From an uncultured Oscillospiraceae bacterium (lineage in GTDB: Bacteria; Bacillota; Clostridia; Oscillospirales; Ruminococcaceae): a DNA stretch of 64,000 nt. Under the pieces are notes generated by a model. It did not search any database and had not been told where the DNA came from. It was given only the letters and a program-made list of their open reading frames with translations. The stretch is taken from contig CAZYAV010000006.1 of the NCBI GenBank assembly GCA_964645785.1, positions 1,327 to 65,326 on the forward strand, written 5' to 3'. The position numbers and the translations under genes were made by a program. Shown here one piece after another: positions 34,344 to 43,815 of this stretch (position 1 is the first letter of the stretch; every line of letters starts with the position of its first letter).

Positions 34344-35486
34344 ATGGCAGTGCAGGCAACCAACTACCAGTGCCCCGCCTGCACCGGCCCGCTGCACTTT
34401 GTGGGAGCCTCCGGCAAGCTGGAATGCGACTACTGCGGCCAGAGCTTTGAGGTGGCGGAGATCGAGGCGCTGTATGCCGGGAAGGACAGCGCGGCGGCCG
34501 CGGCACAGCAGGCCGCGCAGCAAAAAGCGGAAGCTGCCGCCGAGGATGGGTTCGACACCTCCGCGCTTCAGCAGGACTGGGGCGCGGACGGCGCGGGCAT
34601 GAAAGCCTACAACTGCCCCTCCTGCGGCGCGCAGCTGCTCTGCGACGCGACCACCGCCGCCACCAGCTGCCCTTACTGCGGCAACAACACCATCCTGCCC
34701 GGGCAGTTCGGCGGCACGCTGAAGCCGGAGCTTATCATCCCGTTCAAGCTGGACAAAACGGCCGCCGTCGCGGCGCTGAAAAAGCACTACAGCAAAAAGC
34801 TCTTCCTGCCCAGGGCCTTTTCGGCCGCCAACCATCTGGAGGAGGTCAAGGGGCTCTATGTCCCCTTCTGGCTGTTTGACGCCGGGGCGCAGGCCGATTG
34901 CCGGTTTCATGCCACCCGCTCTCACGCCCGCCGCGAGGGGGATTACCGCGTGGTCGTCACCAATCACTTTGACGTGCGGCGCTGCGGGTCGATGGAGTTT
35001 CAGCGCGTGCCGGTGGACGGCTCCAAAAAAATGCCGGACGACTACATGGATTCCATCGAGCCGTTCGACTACAACGAACTGAAACCTTTTTCCACCGCTT
35101 ATCTGCCGGGGTACCTTGCAGACAGATACGACGTCTCGGCAGAGGAGAGTGTGCCGCGGGTCGAAGGGCGCTGCCGCGGCTCGGCCGCCGAGCAGATGCG
35201 CCGGGACGTGATCGGCTATGAAACGGTGACCCTCGCGAGCAGCTCGGTTCAACTGCAGCGGGGCAAGGTGCACTACGCCCTGCTGCCGGTGTGGACACTG
35301 CTTACCAAATGGAAGGACAGGGACTATCTCTTTATGATGAACGGGCAAACCGGCAGGATGGTGGGCGACCTGCCCGTATCCAAGGCGAAGTTCTGGGGCA
35401 TTGCTGCCGCCCTGTCCGCGGTGTTGAGCGGTCTGCTCATCTGGGGCGGCGTGGGGCTTGCCATTGCGCAGGCGCTGTTTGGCTGA
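34344..35486 (+). CDS. double zinc-ribbon protein with C-terminal TM anchor (B. subtilis YdjG-like architecture)
   Basis: 380 aa. YQCPACTGPL...CDYCG and YNCPSCGAQL...CPYCG ribbons. C-terminal hydrophobic segment FWGIAAALSAVLSGLLIWGGVGLAIA. Confidence 0.7.
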   Translation: MAVQATNYQCPACTGPLHFVGASGKLECDYCGQSFEVAEIEALYAGKDSAAAAAQQAAQQKAEAAAEDGFDTSALQQDWGADGAGMKAYNCPSCGAQLLCDATTAATSCPYCGNNTILPGQFGGTLKPELIIPFKLDKTAAVAALKKHYSKKLFLPRAFSAANHLEEVKGLYVPFWLFDAGAQADCRFHATRSHARREGDYRVVVTNHFDVRRCGSMEFQRVPVDGSKKMPDDYMDSIEPFDYNELKPFSTAYLPGYLADRYDVSAEESVPRVEGRCRGSAAEQMRRDVIGYETVTLASSSVQLQRGKVHYALLPVWTLLTKWKDRDYLFMMNGQTGRMVGDLPVSKAKFWGIAAALSAVLSGLLIWGGVGLAIAQALFG

Positions 35487-35501
35487 GAGGGGGGATGCGG
35501 A

Positions 35502-36320
35502 ATGAAAAAGCGAATCGGCCTCTTTTTAACCGTATTGGCTCTGGCGCTCTGCCTCTTCCCCGCCCTGCCCGTGCGGGCGGCCGGCTTTGAGGAGGCGCAG
35601 CTCGGCTTTGTCACCGATGCCGCCGGGCTTCTCTCCGGCGACGCGTATAGCCGGCTGGAGCAGCAGGCGCAGGACATCTCCACCCGGTATTCGTGCGGCG
35701 TGTATATCATCACGGTGGACGATTTTACCGATTACACCAATGAAAGCACGCCGTATGAGGCCGCAAAGGCCTTCTACCGGGACTACTCTTTGGGCTGCGG
35801 CCTCGACAGAAGCGGCGTTCTGCTGCTGCTCTCGATGGCGGAGCGGGACTATGCCCTCATCGCCTACGGCTACGGCAACACCGCCTTTACCGACTACGGC
35901 AAGGATAAGCTCTCGGACGAGTTTCTCGACGACTTCGGGGACGACGACTGGTACGGCGGCTTTCAGGATTATCTGACAAAATGCGATTCCATGCTCGAGG
36001 CCGCCCGGGACGGTCACCCGCTGGATGTGGGCAGCAACCCGATGATCGCCTTTGCGGGGATTGCCATCTCGCTGCTGCTGGGCTGCGGAGGGGCGTTCGC
36101 CTTCTGCTGGTGGCTGAAGGAGCGGCAGATGAAATCGGTGGCCGCAAAGACGGAGGCGGACACCTATCTCTCGGCCGGGAGTGTGGAAATCACCAACCGG
36201 GAGGATCGCTTTACCCACACCACCGAGGTCAGGACAGAGATTGAAAAAGCCTCCGGCGGCGGGTCGGGCGGCACCACCATCGACAGCGACGGTTTCTCGG
36301 GAAAGAGCGGAAAATTTTAA
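35502..36320 (+). CDS. TPM-domain protein with signal peptide and C-terminal TM plus Gly-rich tail (YdjH-like architecture)
   Basis: 272 aa. GFVTDAAGLLS...YIITVDDF...GVLLLLSMAERDYALIAYG is the TPM_phosphatase signature. Ends in TM IAFAGIAISLLLGCGGAFAF and GGGSGG. Confidence 0.8.
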   Translation: MKKRIGLFLTVLALALCLFPALPVRAAGFEEAQLGFVTDAAGLLSGDAYSRLEQQAQDISTRYSCGVYIITVDDFTDYTNESTPYEAAKAFYRDYSLGCGLDRSGVLLLLSMAERDYALIAYGYGNTAFTDYGKDKLSDEFLDDFGDDDWYGGFQDYLTKCDSMLEAARDGHPLDVGSNPMIAFAGIAISLLLGCGGAFAFCWWLKERQMKSVAAKTEADTYLSAGSVEITNREDRFTHTTEVRTEIEKASGGGSGGTTIDSDGFSGKSGKF

Positions 36321-36344
36321 AAAACGATTCAGGAGGATTGGAAG

Positions 36345-37061
36345 ATGAAACGAACAACAAAAATTGCGGTCAGCCTTTTGCTTGCCCTTTGCATGGCGCT
36401 GGCCGGCTGCGGCAAAAAGAACCCGGGCGCGGGCAACGCCGGCTCGGGCTCGGGCAACACCACCCAGACTTCCGGTACAACCGTGCAGGAGCCTGCCATG
36501 CCGGAGCCGGAAGCCGTGCTCGACCCCGCCGAAATCAAATGGAACTATATGCCCGACGGCAGCGACTATATCTACTGGTACCCGGACGGCGACTTTACGT
36601 CGGACTACTATATTATATTTGAAGACTATTTCCTGAGCATCGACGACGGCGGGGAGCGGAGCACCTACAGCACCGCGATAGAAAACCGTCATCTCTACAT
36701 CAGCGACGCGGACGGCCCCGAGGTGGACTTTGTCTTTCTCGACAACCTGACCTGCTATGACCTGGTCAACGGGCAGTGGTATATGAGCGCCGACTATAAC
36801 GAGGCCTTCCCCTCCCTCACCGCAGCCACCTTCTATACAGAGGATGACGACACGTGGAATATCACCTTTTATGAGGACGGCACCTTCCACCGCGAGTTTA
36901 ACGGTCACATTCAAGAGGGTCAGTGGTGGTTCGAGGATGCCTACAGGGTTCGCTACGAAAGTGACGGCGATGAAATGAGCCTTTATCTCTATTATGCCGA
37001 CGACAGCTGGGAGGTCGTGGCCATAGAGCTTGTCGGCGATATGTATTACCCGGCGGCCTAA
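36345..37061 (+). CDS. lipoprotein, unknown function (238 aa)
   Basis: RBS AGGAGG, lipobox ALAGCG, acidic Tyr/Asp/Trp-rich mature part. Confidence 0.7.
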   Translation: MKRTTKIAVSLLLALCMALAGCGKKNPGAGNAGSGSGNTTQTSGTTVQEPAMPEPEAVLDPAEIKWNYMPDGSDYIYWYPDGDFTSDYYIIFEDYFLSIDDGGERSTYSTAIENRHLYISDADGPEVDFVFLDNLTCYDLVNGQWYMSADYNEAFPSLTAATFYTEDDDTWNITFYEDGTFHREFNGHIQEGQWWFEDAYRVRYESDGDEMSLYLYYADDSWEVVAIELVGDMYYPAA

Positions 37062-37298
37062 AGCGGGTCGGTTCGGCGCGCCGTCCGACTGCCTGTCTCA
37101 CCCGCAGACGGCGCGGCCTTGAGGGTTCGAACCGGCTCTTCCGCCAAAGCCACGCCGCATCAGGCAAGCTGCCTAAGCAGGCGCAGGCTCTGCGCCGGAC
37201 GGAGCAAAGGGCGGGCAGGGCGTTGCCTTACCGGGCATTTTTGCAAAGCACAGCATATGGCGGGCGCAGCTTTCAGGCGGTTTTAAAGGAGGAGAATC

Positions 37299-38738
37299 AT
37301 GAAAAAACGGACATCAGGGCTGTTTTTCGCCGTGTGCCTGGCTGTGTGCCCTGTCTTTTTGCTGGCCGCCTGCGGCTCGTCCCGGGCGGACGGGGGCACG
37401 GGCGGGGACGACATGACGGACGGTATGCTGGACGGCGACCACACCTATGCGGATAATCCGGCGCTGTTTGCGGTGCTGGAGGGTCGCTGGGCGAGCGCCG
37501 ACGGCTACTGGCTGCTGACCATTTCGGGGGATCCCTTTGACGTGCGCATGACCCTGTCGATGGGCGGGGAGCAGGTTGGGGAATGCAGTCTGGATTTTGT
37601 CTATCTGCTCCCGGACTCCAGCCCCAACAGGGAAACCGATCTGAATCCGGAGGCGGCACAGCTCACAAGCCACGACGGAAGCATTCTGGGCGAAGTGGTC
37701 GGCCTATACCACAGGGTGGGCGAGGACGACGGCGCCCTGCACCTGACCCTTACGCTGGCCGGCGACCCGGCATCCGTCACCCTCTTTAAAGAGGCGGACG
37801 CCCGCGTGTCTGCTGCCGGCAGGCAGGCGGCGCTGGAAGCGCTGCGCGCAGAGTTGGCGTATTACCCCGACGCGGCGCTGGCCATGGCCTATTTGGGCGA
37901 GCCGGGGACGCGCGACCCCGCCGCGCTTGCCGCGTATCTTGAGGAGCACTTCCCGCACATTCTCGAGGTCGCCCCCTTTCTGCTCGACATCCCCGAAGAA
38001 AACATCATCGGCGACCCCGGCGAGGATGAGGATTCGGCGCTTTACTGCGTCATCCCGCGGGACGAGGCCACCTCGCTGTCGGTCAACCTTGTCGCGTGGG
38101 ACGCCGATGACGCCTGGGAGAACGCCTGGTCGTCCGTGACCGACATCCTCTACCGCAGCGAATATGCCGAGCCGCTGTTTGTGTTCGTGGGCGCAGACCC
38201 GCATGTCGGTATGCCGGATATCCAGCTTATCGCTGTGGCCGGTAACGGCGCACAGGTGGAGTATTATCCGAACATTTACCCGGAAACCCACGCCCTCAAC
38301 TGCCCCGTCGACGAGGGGTATACTCCCCTTGTCTGCGACCTTGCAATTCTGGCCGGCGCGGGCTGCGGCGATGACGGCTGGTATCCCCCCACCGATCAGG
38401 GGCTGCTGGATACCACCTGGTGGGTGAGCGGCACCGGCTGGTACATGACCCTGCGCGGCGGCGACGCCGATCTCCCGTATTACACCGGCTATGCGGAGAT
38501 TTATACGCACCCCCGGGGCATCACGGAGTATTCCGGCGTCTGGGAGATGGACGGCGGGTGCCTGTATCTCCAGCTCACGGACGGGCTCGGCAACGTCACA
38601 GAGGGGCGGTTCCCGGTGCTTGTCTCCCCTTCCGGGGAACAGCTTGCGATGCAGGCAGATCCACAAAGCGGCGCCCTGCCCGATTTTTTAGGGATGGCGG
38701 GTGCGGATGCCATGAATTTGACCCTTATCTATGAGTAA
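37299..38738 (+). CDS. lipoprotein, unknown function (479 aa)
   Basis: RBS AAAGGAGGAG, lipobox LLAACG. The N-terminal domain is paralogous to the 31257..31844 product. Confidence 0.75.
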   Translation: MKKRTSGLFFAVCLAVCPVFLLAACGSSRADGGTGGDDMTDGMLDGDHTYADNPALFAVLEGRWASADGYWLLTISGDPFDVRMTLSMGGEQVGECSLDFVYLLPDSSPNRETDLNPEAAQLTSHDGSILGEVVGLYHRVGEDDGALHLTLTLAGDPASVTLFKEADARVSAAGRQAALEALRAELAYYPDAALAMAYLGEPGTRDPAALAAYLEEHFPHILEVAPFLLDIPEENIIGDPGEDEDSALYCVIPRDEATSLSVNLVAWDADDAWENAWSSVTDILYRSEYAEPLFVFVGADPHVGMPDIQLIAVAGNGAQVEYYPNIYPETHALNCPVDEGYTPLVCDLAILAGAGCGDDGWYPPTDQGLLDTTWWVSGTGWYMTLRGGDADLPYYTGYAEIYTHPRGITEYSGVWEMDGGCLYLQLTDGLGNVTEGRFPVLVSPSGEQLAMQADPQSGALPDFLGMAGADAMNLTLIYE

Positions 38739-38822
38739 AGCAAAGCCCGGCGGGGTCGTTTTTCCAACAGCTCCACCCACCGGGCAATGGGCAGCTTTGC
38801 ATAAAGAAGGGAGGCCTTTTCC

Positions 38823-40289
38823 ATGGGCAACTATAAAAAGCTGGTATTGCTGCATTCCAACGATATGCACGGCGATTTTCTCACCGAGCAGATTGACGAA
38901 AAGCTGGTGGGCGGCGTCAGTATGCTCTCAGGCTATGTGGATAAGGTGCGCCGGGAAGAGCCCAACACCCTATACTGCATCGCGGGGGACATGTTCCGCG
39001 GCTCGGTTATCGACTCGGAGTATCAGGGACTGAGCACCATCGAAATCATGAACGCCCTGTCCCCCGACGTGGTGACCCTCGGCAACCACGAGACCGACTA
39101 CGGCATCGCCCACCTGCTGTTTTTGGAAAAATGCGCGAAATTCCCCATCATCAACGCCAACCTGTTCATCCGCACCAACGGCGCCCGGCTGTTTCAGCCC
39201 CATATCATCCTCAAGGTGGACGGGATGAAGATCCTGTTCATCGGGGTGCTGACCGAGGAGGTGCTCGCCCAGACCAGCACGGACAAGCTGATCGGCTCCT
39301 TTGTGGGCATCAATGAGGCGGCCGAGGAGGTGGGGCGCATCTGCAACGCCTACAACGCCATCGACATCGACTTTACCGTGCTGCTGACCCATATCGGCTT
39401 TGAGGAGGACAAAAAGCTGGCCGCGCAGCTCGACCCGGCGTGGGGGGTGGATGTCATCATCGGCGGGCATTCCCACACCTTCCTTGACGAGCCGGCCAGG
39501 GTCAACGATATTCTGATTGTGCAGGCAGGCACCGGCACCGACCAGATCGGCCGCTTTGACATCACGGTGGACACCGACAACAACTGTGTAGACAGCTTCC
39601 GCTGGCAAACCATTCCCATCGACGACACCCACTGCCCCCGCGACCCGGTGATGAACAAGCTGATTGGCGAGTACAAGCAGCGCACCGACACAAAGTACAG
39701 CCGCTTGATCACCCGCTTCCGCCGGGAGCTGACCCACCCCGCCCGCACCCAGGAGACCGAGCTGGGCGACCTGTTTGCCGATATTCTGCGCGACAGTCTG
39801 GGGCTGGACATCATGCTGCTGGGCTCCGGCTCGATACGCAACACCCGCCTGGGGCCGCTGGTGCAGTTCGCTGACCTGGTGGAGTGCTTCCCCTACGACG
39901 ACTCGGTCACCATGCTCACCGTCACCGGGGAGCAGCTGCGGCGGATGCTGAAGTATATGCTGCGGGACGAGGTCTGGCAGGGAGCGCACTGCGAGTTCTA
40001 CCAGCTCTCCAGAGGGCTGCGGGCGGTCTACAGCCGCAAGACCCACGAGTTTTCCGAGTTTTCCTTTGAGGGCGAGCCGGTGCGCGACGAAAGGCTTTAC
40101 ACGGTGGGCTTACAGGCCTTTCACTACAACAACATGGAAAAGAATCTGGCGCTCAGCCCCAAGGAGGCGGCGGAGAACAAAAAGCCCCGCGTGGTGACAA
40201 CCTCCTGCCGCGAGGTGCTGGACGAGTATCTGTCCGACCATCAGCATCTGGATCAGACCGTCGAGGGGCGGCTTATCCTGCTCGACTGA
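38823..40289 (+). CDS. bifunctional metallophosphatase / 5'-nucleotidase family protein, no recognisable signal peptide
   Basis: 488 aa. Metallophosphoesterase motifs HSNDMHGD, GDMFRG, GNHETD, plus a C-terminal 5'-nucleotidase-like half. Confidence 0.85.
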   Translation: MGNYKKLVLLHSNDMHGDFLTEQIDEKLVGGVSMLSGYVDKVRREEPNTLYCIAGDMFRGSVIDSEYQGLSTIEIMNALSPDVVTLGNHETDYGIAHLLFLEKCAKFPIINANLFIRTNGARLFQPHIILKVDGMKILFIGVLTEEVLAQTSTDKLIGSFVGINEAAEEVGRICNAYNAIDIDFTVLLTHIGFEEDKKLAAQLDPAWGVDVIIGGHSHTFLDEPARVNDILIVQAGTGTDQIGRFDITVDTDNNCVDSFRWQTIPIDDTHCPRDPVMNKLIGEYKQRTDTKYSRLITRFRRELTHPARTQETELGDLFADILRDSLGLDIMLLGSGSIRNTRLGPLVQFADLVECFPYDDSVTMLTVTGEQLRRMLKYMLRDEVWQGAHCEFYQLSRGLRAVYSRKTHEFSEFSFEGEPVRDERLYTVGLQAFHYNNMEKNLALSPKEAAENKKPRVVTTSCREVLDEYLSDHQHLDQTVEGRLILLD

Positions 40290-40348
40290 CCGCCGCCATG
40301 CTTCCCCGCGCCCGGGTGCCGCTGTGTGCGTTTATCGGAGGTACCGCA

Positions 40349-41221
40349 ATGAAACACAAGGCCTTTATGCTGGTTCCTGTGCTGGGCATGGCGCTTGCGC
40401 TCAGCCTGTCCATGGTGGGATGCGGCAGGCAAAAAAGCCATGCGGGCTTCTATCTCCTGCGCGCCTTAACCCTCGAAGGCGAATCCTATGACGAGGCGAT
40501 GCTGCGGGATTGCGGGCTGTACGGGGCATCGTATCTGATGCTCGAGGAAGACGGCGCCGGCAGATTTCATGGCAGTCCGCCCCGCAGGGAGCCCAGCCCG
40601 CCCCGACATGACGAAAAAGGAGGCTTTTCTTTGGACATTTTTGACCAGCTGAAAAATAAGGCTCAATCGGCAGCCCGCTCTGCCGTACAGCCCGCGCGCG
40701 CTGCCGCGGCCGGCTTTGGCAGCCAGCGGGAGACCTTCACCTTTGCCGCCCTGCCCGGGAGCGCGGCCGAGCTGCGGGTGCTGCCCGAGGCGGCGATGGA
40801 TACCCCCTTTCAGACGGCAGCGCTTGCCGTGTGCGCCCTGTGCGCCTTTTCCGCCGACCAGAGCGCCGGCGTTGAGATGCTCAACTTCCTGCGCGGCCCG
40901 CGGCCGATGAACGGGCAGGACATCTCCTTCGTCAGGGATCGTTTCCGGGGGAACCGCGCTTACATCATTTTCTCCCATTTTGCGGGCTCCATGCCGGAAA
41001 GCGGCTACACCCCCACTCTGCCCTACACTTTGGAGGTGTTCTCCGACGCCCGCTCCGGCGATCAGGAGAACATGGCGCGGCTCTTTGTCCGCTCCGGCGG
41101 CGCAGACAGCCCCCGCCCCGTCACCCTGCGCCTGGCCAAGGACGGCAAATGGTATCTGTGGGAATATTCCAGTCTCCTGCTGGACATCCGGCCGCCCGCG
41201 GCAAGCGACCCCTGGGCATAA
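40349..41221 (+). CDS. lipoprotein, tandem paralogue 1 (unknown C-terminal ~165-aa domain)
   Basis: Subset of ORF 40298..41221. ATG at 40349, lipobox SMVGCG. The C-terminal domain (...LNFLRGPRPMNGQDISFVRDRFRG...RLFVRSGGADSPRPVTLRLAKDGKWYLWEYSS) is shared with the next gene. Confidence 0.7.
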   Translation: MKHKAFMLVPVLGMALALSLSMVGCGRQKSHAGFYLLRALTLEGESYDEAMLRDCGLYGASYLMLEEDGAGRFHGSPPRREPSPPRHDEKGGFSLDIFDQLKNKAQSAARSAVQPARAAAAGFGSQRETFTFAALPGSAAELRVLPEAAMDTPFQTAALAVCALCAFSADQSAGVEMLNFLRGPRPMNGQDISFVRDRFRGNRAYIIFSHFAGSMPESGYTPTLPYTLEVFSDARSGDQENMARLFVRSGGADSPRPVTLRLAKDGKWYLWEYSSLLLDIRPPAASDPWA

Positions 41222-41359
41222 GCGGCCGCCGCCCGGTGGGGATTGCCCAAAGTGTCCCCGAGCCGCCAGGGAGGGCGGAACAGGAATGCAGCCCGGCGGT
41301 TCGCCTCCCTGCCGCGGCGGCTGTTTCGGCTCATCACAGGCCGAAAGGAGGGAAGAATT

Positions 41360-42175
41360 TTGAAAAAAAGCTATCTTGTGCTGCTTGTCCTCGCGCTTTT
41401 GGCTGCCCTGCTGTGCAGCTGCGCGCAGCAAAGCGGGAGCGCCGGGCAGACTGCGCAGCAGCAGAGCGCCGCGCCCGCCGATGAACCGCCGGCCTCCGCA
41501 GGCGACCCTGTACCGGATGCGCCGCCGGACGACCCGGAGGAAAGCGACCGCTTTGCGTCCTCCGCGCCGTCCGAAGAAGGCGGCGAGCCGGCGGAGAGTG
41601 CCGGCGAATTCTTTGCCGAAGGCCACCAGCCTGCCGGCAGCGTCAACGTCGAGGAGATGCTCACCATCGAAGAGGGCAGCAATGGCACGACCTACATCTT
41701 TTCCGCCCTGCCCCAAAACGTAGAGGAATTAAAGGCGCTGTGGGCGCACTGGGGCTCCGCCCCGGAGCATACGGCGGCGTTCAGCATCGCGGCGTTCTGC
41801 CGGTATCCCCAGTCCCGCGAGGACAGCCTTGCCATGATCGACCTGCTGCGCGGGCCCGACCCGATGAGCGAGGCCGACCGGCAGTTTATCGCCGACCGCT
41901 TCCGGGATAAGGACTATGTGCCGCGCTCCTACTTTGCGGGTGCTGTGCCGGACAACGACTATACCCCCGCCGAGCCATATACCCTGACGGTGACGGCGGA
42001 CGCGCACTCGTACGATACGGAAAATACTGCGCGCCTGTTTGTCCAATCCGGCGGCGCGGACAGCCCCCGCCCCATCACCCTGCGCCTTGCCAAGGACGGA
42101 AACTGGTATCTGTGGGAGTACTCCAGCATTCTGGTGGGCATTCGTCTGCCCGCGTCCGAGGATCCGTGGGTTTGA
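41360..42175 (+). CDS. lipoprotein, tandem paralogue 2
   Basis: Subset of ORF 41243..42175. The TTG at 41360 follows AAAGGAGGGAAG. Lipobox LLCSCA, Pro/Glu/Ala-rich linker. C-terminal domain ...IDLLRGPDPMSEADRQFIADRFRD...RLFVQSGGADSPRPITLRLAKDGNWYLWEYSS. Confidence 0.7.
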   Translation: MKKSYLVLLVLALLAALLCSCAQQSGSAGQTAQQQSAAPADEPPASAGDPVPDAPPDDPEESDRFASSAPSEEGGEPAESAGEFFAEGHQPAGSVNVEEMLTIEEGSNGTTYIFSALPQNVEELKALWAHWGSAPEHTAAFSIAAFCRYPQSREDSLAMIDLLRGPDPMSEADRQFIADRFRDKDYVPRSYFAGAVPDNDYTPAEPYTLTVTADAHSYDTENTARLFVQSGGADSPRPITLRLAKDGNWYLWEYSSILVGIRLPASEDPWV

Positions 42176-42204
42176 CAGGATAAATTGGAGAGGAGCTGAC
42201 AGCT

Positions 42205-43770
42205 TTGATGAAAAAATGCATAACCCTGCTGCTGTCCATGCTGCTGCTTGCCGGTCTCTTTGGCTGCGGGCGGCAGGTGCAGCCCGGGGATGACAGCGCG
42301 CCGTCCGCGCCGCAGGATACAAGCCGCCCCTTGCCCGGGCAGGCGGAAGAGGTCACTGTGCTGGAACAGGTGGAGAAGGGCACGCTTACCGACAGCGAGG
42401 GCTATGAGTATGAGTATTCCTACTGCCTGCCCAGCATCGACGCGGACACCCCCGGCGCGCGCGCCATCAACGAGGAAATCAATGAAATCTACGGCGTTGT
42501 AATGGAGGAAAGCCTTGCGTGGATCCGCCGCGGGGAACTGCCCTTATATAGCGAGATCACCTATGATGCATACCGCAGCGGCGGCATCCTGAGCCTTGTC
42601 CTCAAGGCCGCCTACGGCTATGACTCTTACGGCAATTACAGCGTCTACCACTACGATACGGCCAGCGGCACCCGGCTGCAAAACAAGGATATTATCGAGC
42701 GGCTGGGCTTTTCTGAAGAGGAAGTCCTCACCGCACTGCGCCGCGCGGCGGCACAGATGTATGACAGCCTCTACGCCGACTACTGGCACATTATCGAGGA
42801 TACGCAATCGGGCGGCTTTCAGCAGATGCGCAGCGAGACGCTCTCGCAGCGGCGCCTGAATCTGGATGTGCCCCTCTACATGGACGGCGAAGAGCTGTGC
42901 GCCGTCGTCCGCATCAGCAACGACATGAGCGGGGATTTGCACAGCACCCTCACATTAAATCTGACCCCCGCCAGCAAAACGGCGGTCGATAACAGGTTTG
43001 ATTTTGTGGACATCACCTGCCAGAACGGGGAGCTCTCTCTTTGCTTTCAAAAAACGCCATCGAGCGGGGAATTTTTAGAAAGCTCCGCCATCGAATGCGG
43101 AAAAGATTACCCGGTGCATGGGCTTTACAGCAGCTATACCAGGGTCTGCACCGCCCTTGCCGGTTCGGCCGAAACGCCATGGCTCTTTTTGCTCACGAGC
43201 GAGGGTCGGGTGGAATATGTTGACCTGAGCGCGGGGCTTGCAACCGGGTACTTCTGTGCTGGCGGGCCGCTGCTTGGACTCGACATCTGGCCGATCGTTG
43301 ATTTTACCGAAGAGCTGGACTACAGCGGCTTTCCCACGGTGTACGGCGTTGGCCAGGAGGGGCAAACGGTCGATCTGCTGGCGCTCATAGAGGCCGAGAG
43401 GCACATTCTGCCGGCCACATTCATGAGCGGCTGGGATACCCCATCCGCCGGGAATCCGGCCGGGCATGCCAATCTTCAGCTCTGGCAGGGTGGCAACGGC
43501 GACAACGCCCGGCTTGTCTATGATTTCCGGCAGCCGGTGGAAGAGCTGTACGGCGTTTTCCGGTATTTCGGCATGAACGAGCAGGGCATGGTATACGCCT
43601 ATCAGCTGTGGCCGGACGGCGAGAGCCGGAGCATACTTGGGGTGGCCGCCCTCGAGCGGCACGACACCCCGCGGGATTCCCTTTTGTGCGTGACCGAGCT
43701 GAGCGGGTCACCCCTTTTGGGCAATAAACCCGGCGATGTCACTGAATTGACGGCAGGTGCAGCTGGCTAA
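42205..43770 (+). CDS. lipoprotein, unknown function (521 aa); N-terminal part faintly DUF4163/DUF3298 (RsiV/PdaC)-like
   Basis: Lipobox LFGCG. The YEYEYSYCLPSIDADTPGARAINEEINEIY pattern resembles DUF4163-type modules, a low-confidence family call. Confidence 0.7.
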   Translation: MMKKCITLLLSMLLLAGLFGCGRQVQPGDDSAPSAPQDTSRPLPGQAEEVTVLEQVEKGTLTDSEGYEYEYSYCLPSIDADTPGARAINEEINEIYGVVMEESLAWIRRGELPLYSEITYDAYRSGGILSLVLKAAYGYDSYGNYSVYHYDTASGTRLQNKDIIERLGFSEEEVLTALRRAAAQMYDSLYADYWHIIEDTQSGGFQQMRSETLSQRRLNLDVPLYMDGEELCAVVRISNDMSGDLHSTLTLNLTPASKTAVDNRFDFVDITCQNGELSLCFQKTPSSGEFLESSAIECGKDYPVHGLYSSYTRVCTALAGSAETPWLFLLTSEGRVEYVDLSAGLATGYFCAGGPLLGLDIWPIVDFTEELDYSGFPTVYGVGQEGQTVDLLALIEAERHILPATFMSGWDTPSAGNPAGHANLQLWQGGNGDNARLVYDFRQPVEELYGVFRYFGMNEQGMVYAYQLWPDGESRSILGVAALERHDTPRDSLLCVTELSGSPLLGNKPGDVTELTAGAAG

Positions 43771-43815
43771 AGCTGCCGCCCGACCCATAAAACAACCACA
43801 AGGGAGGAAACAACA

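Noticed and set aside
40610-40640. Internal AAAGGAGG followed by TTG inside the 40349..41221 gene, suggesting two fused ORFs
   Set aside because: The frame is continuous with no stop. The single-ORF model with a lipobox leader and disordered linker parallels the paralogue at 41360..42175, so an internal start cannot be supported from sequence alone.
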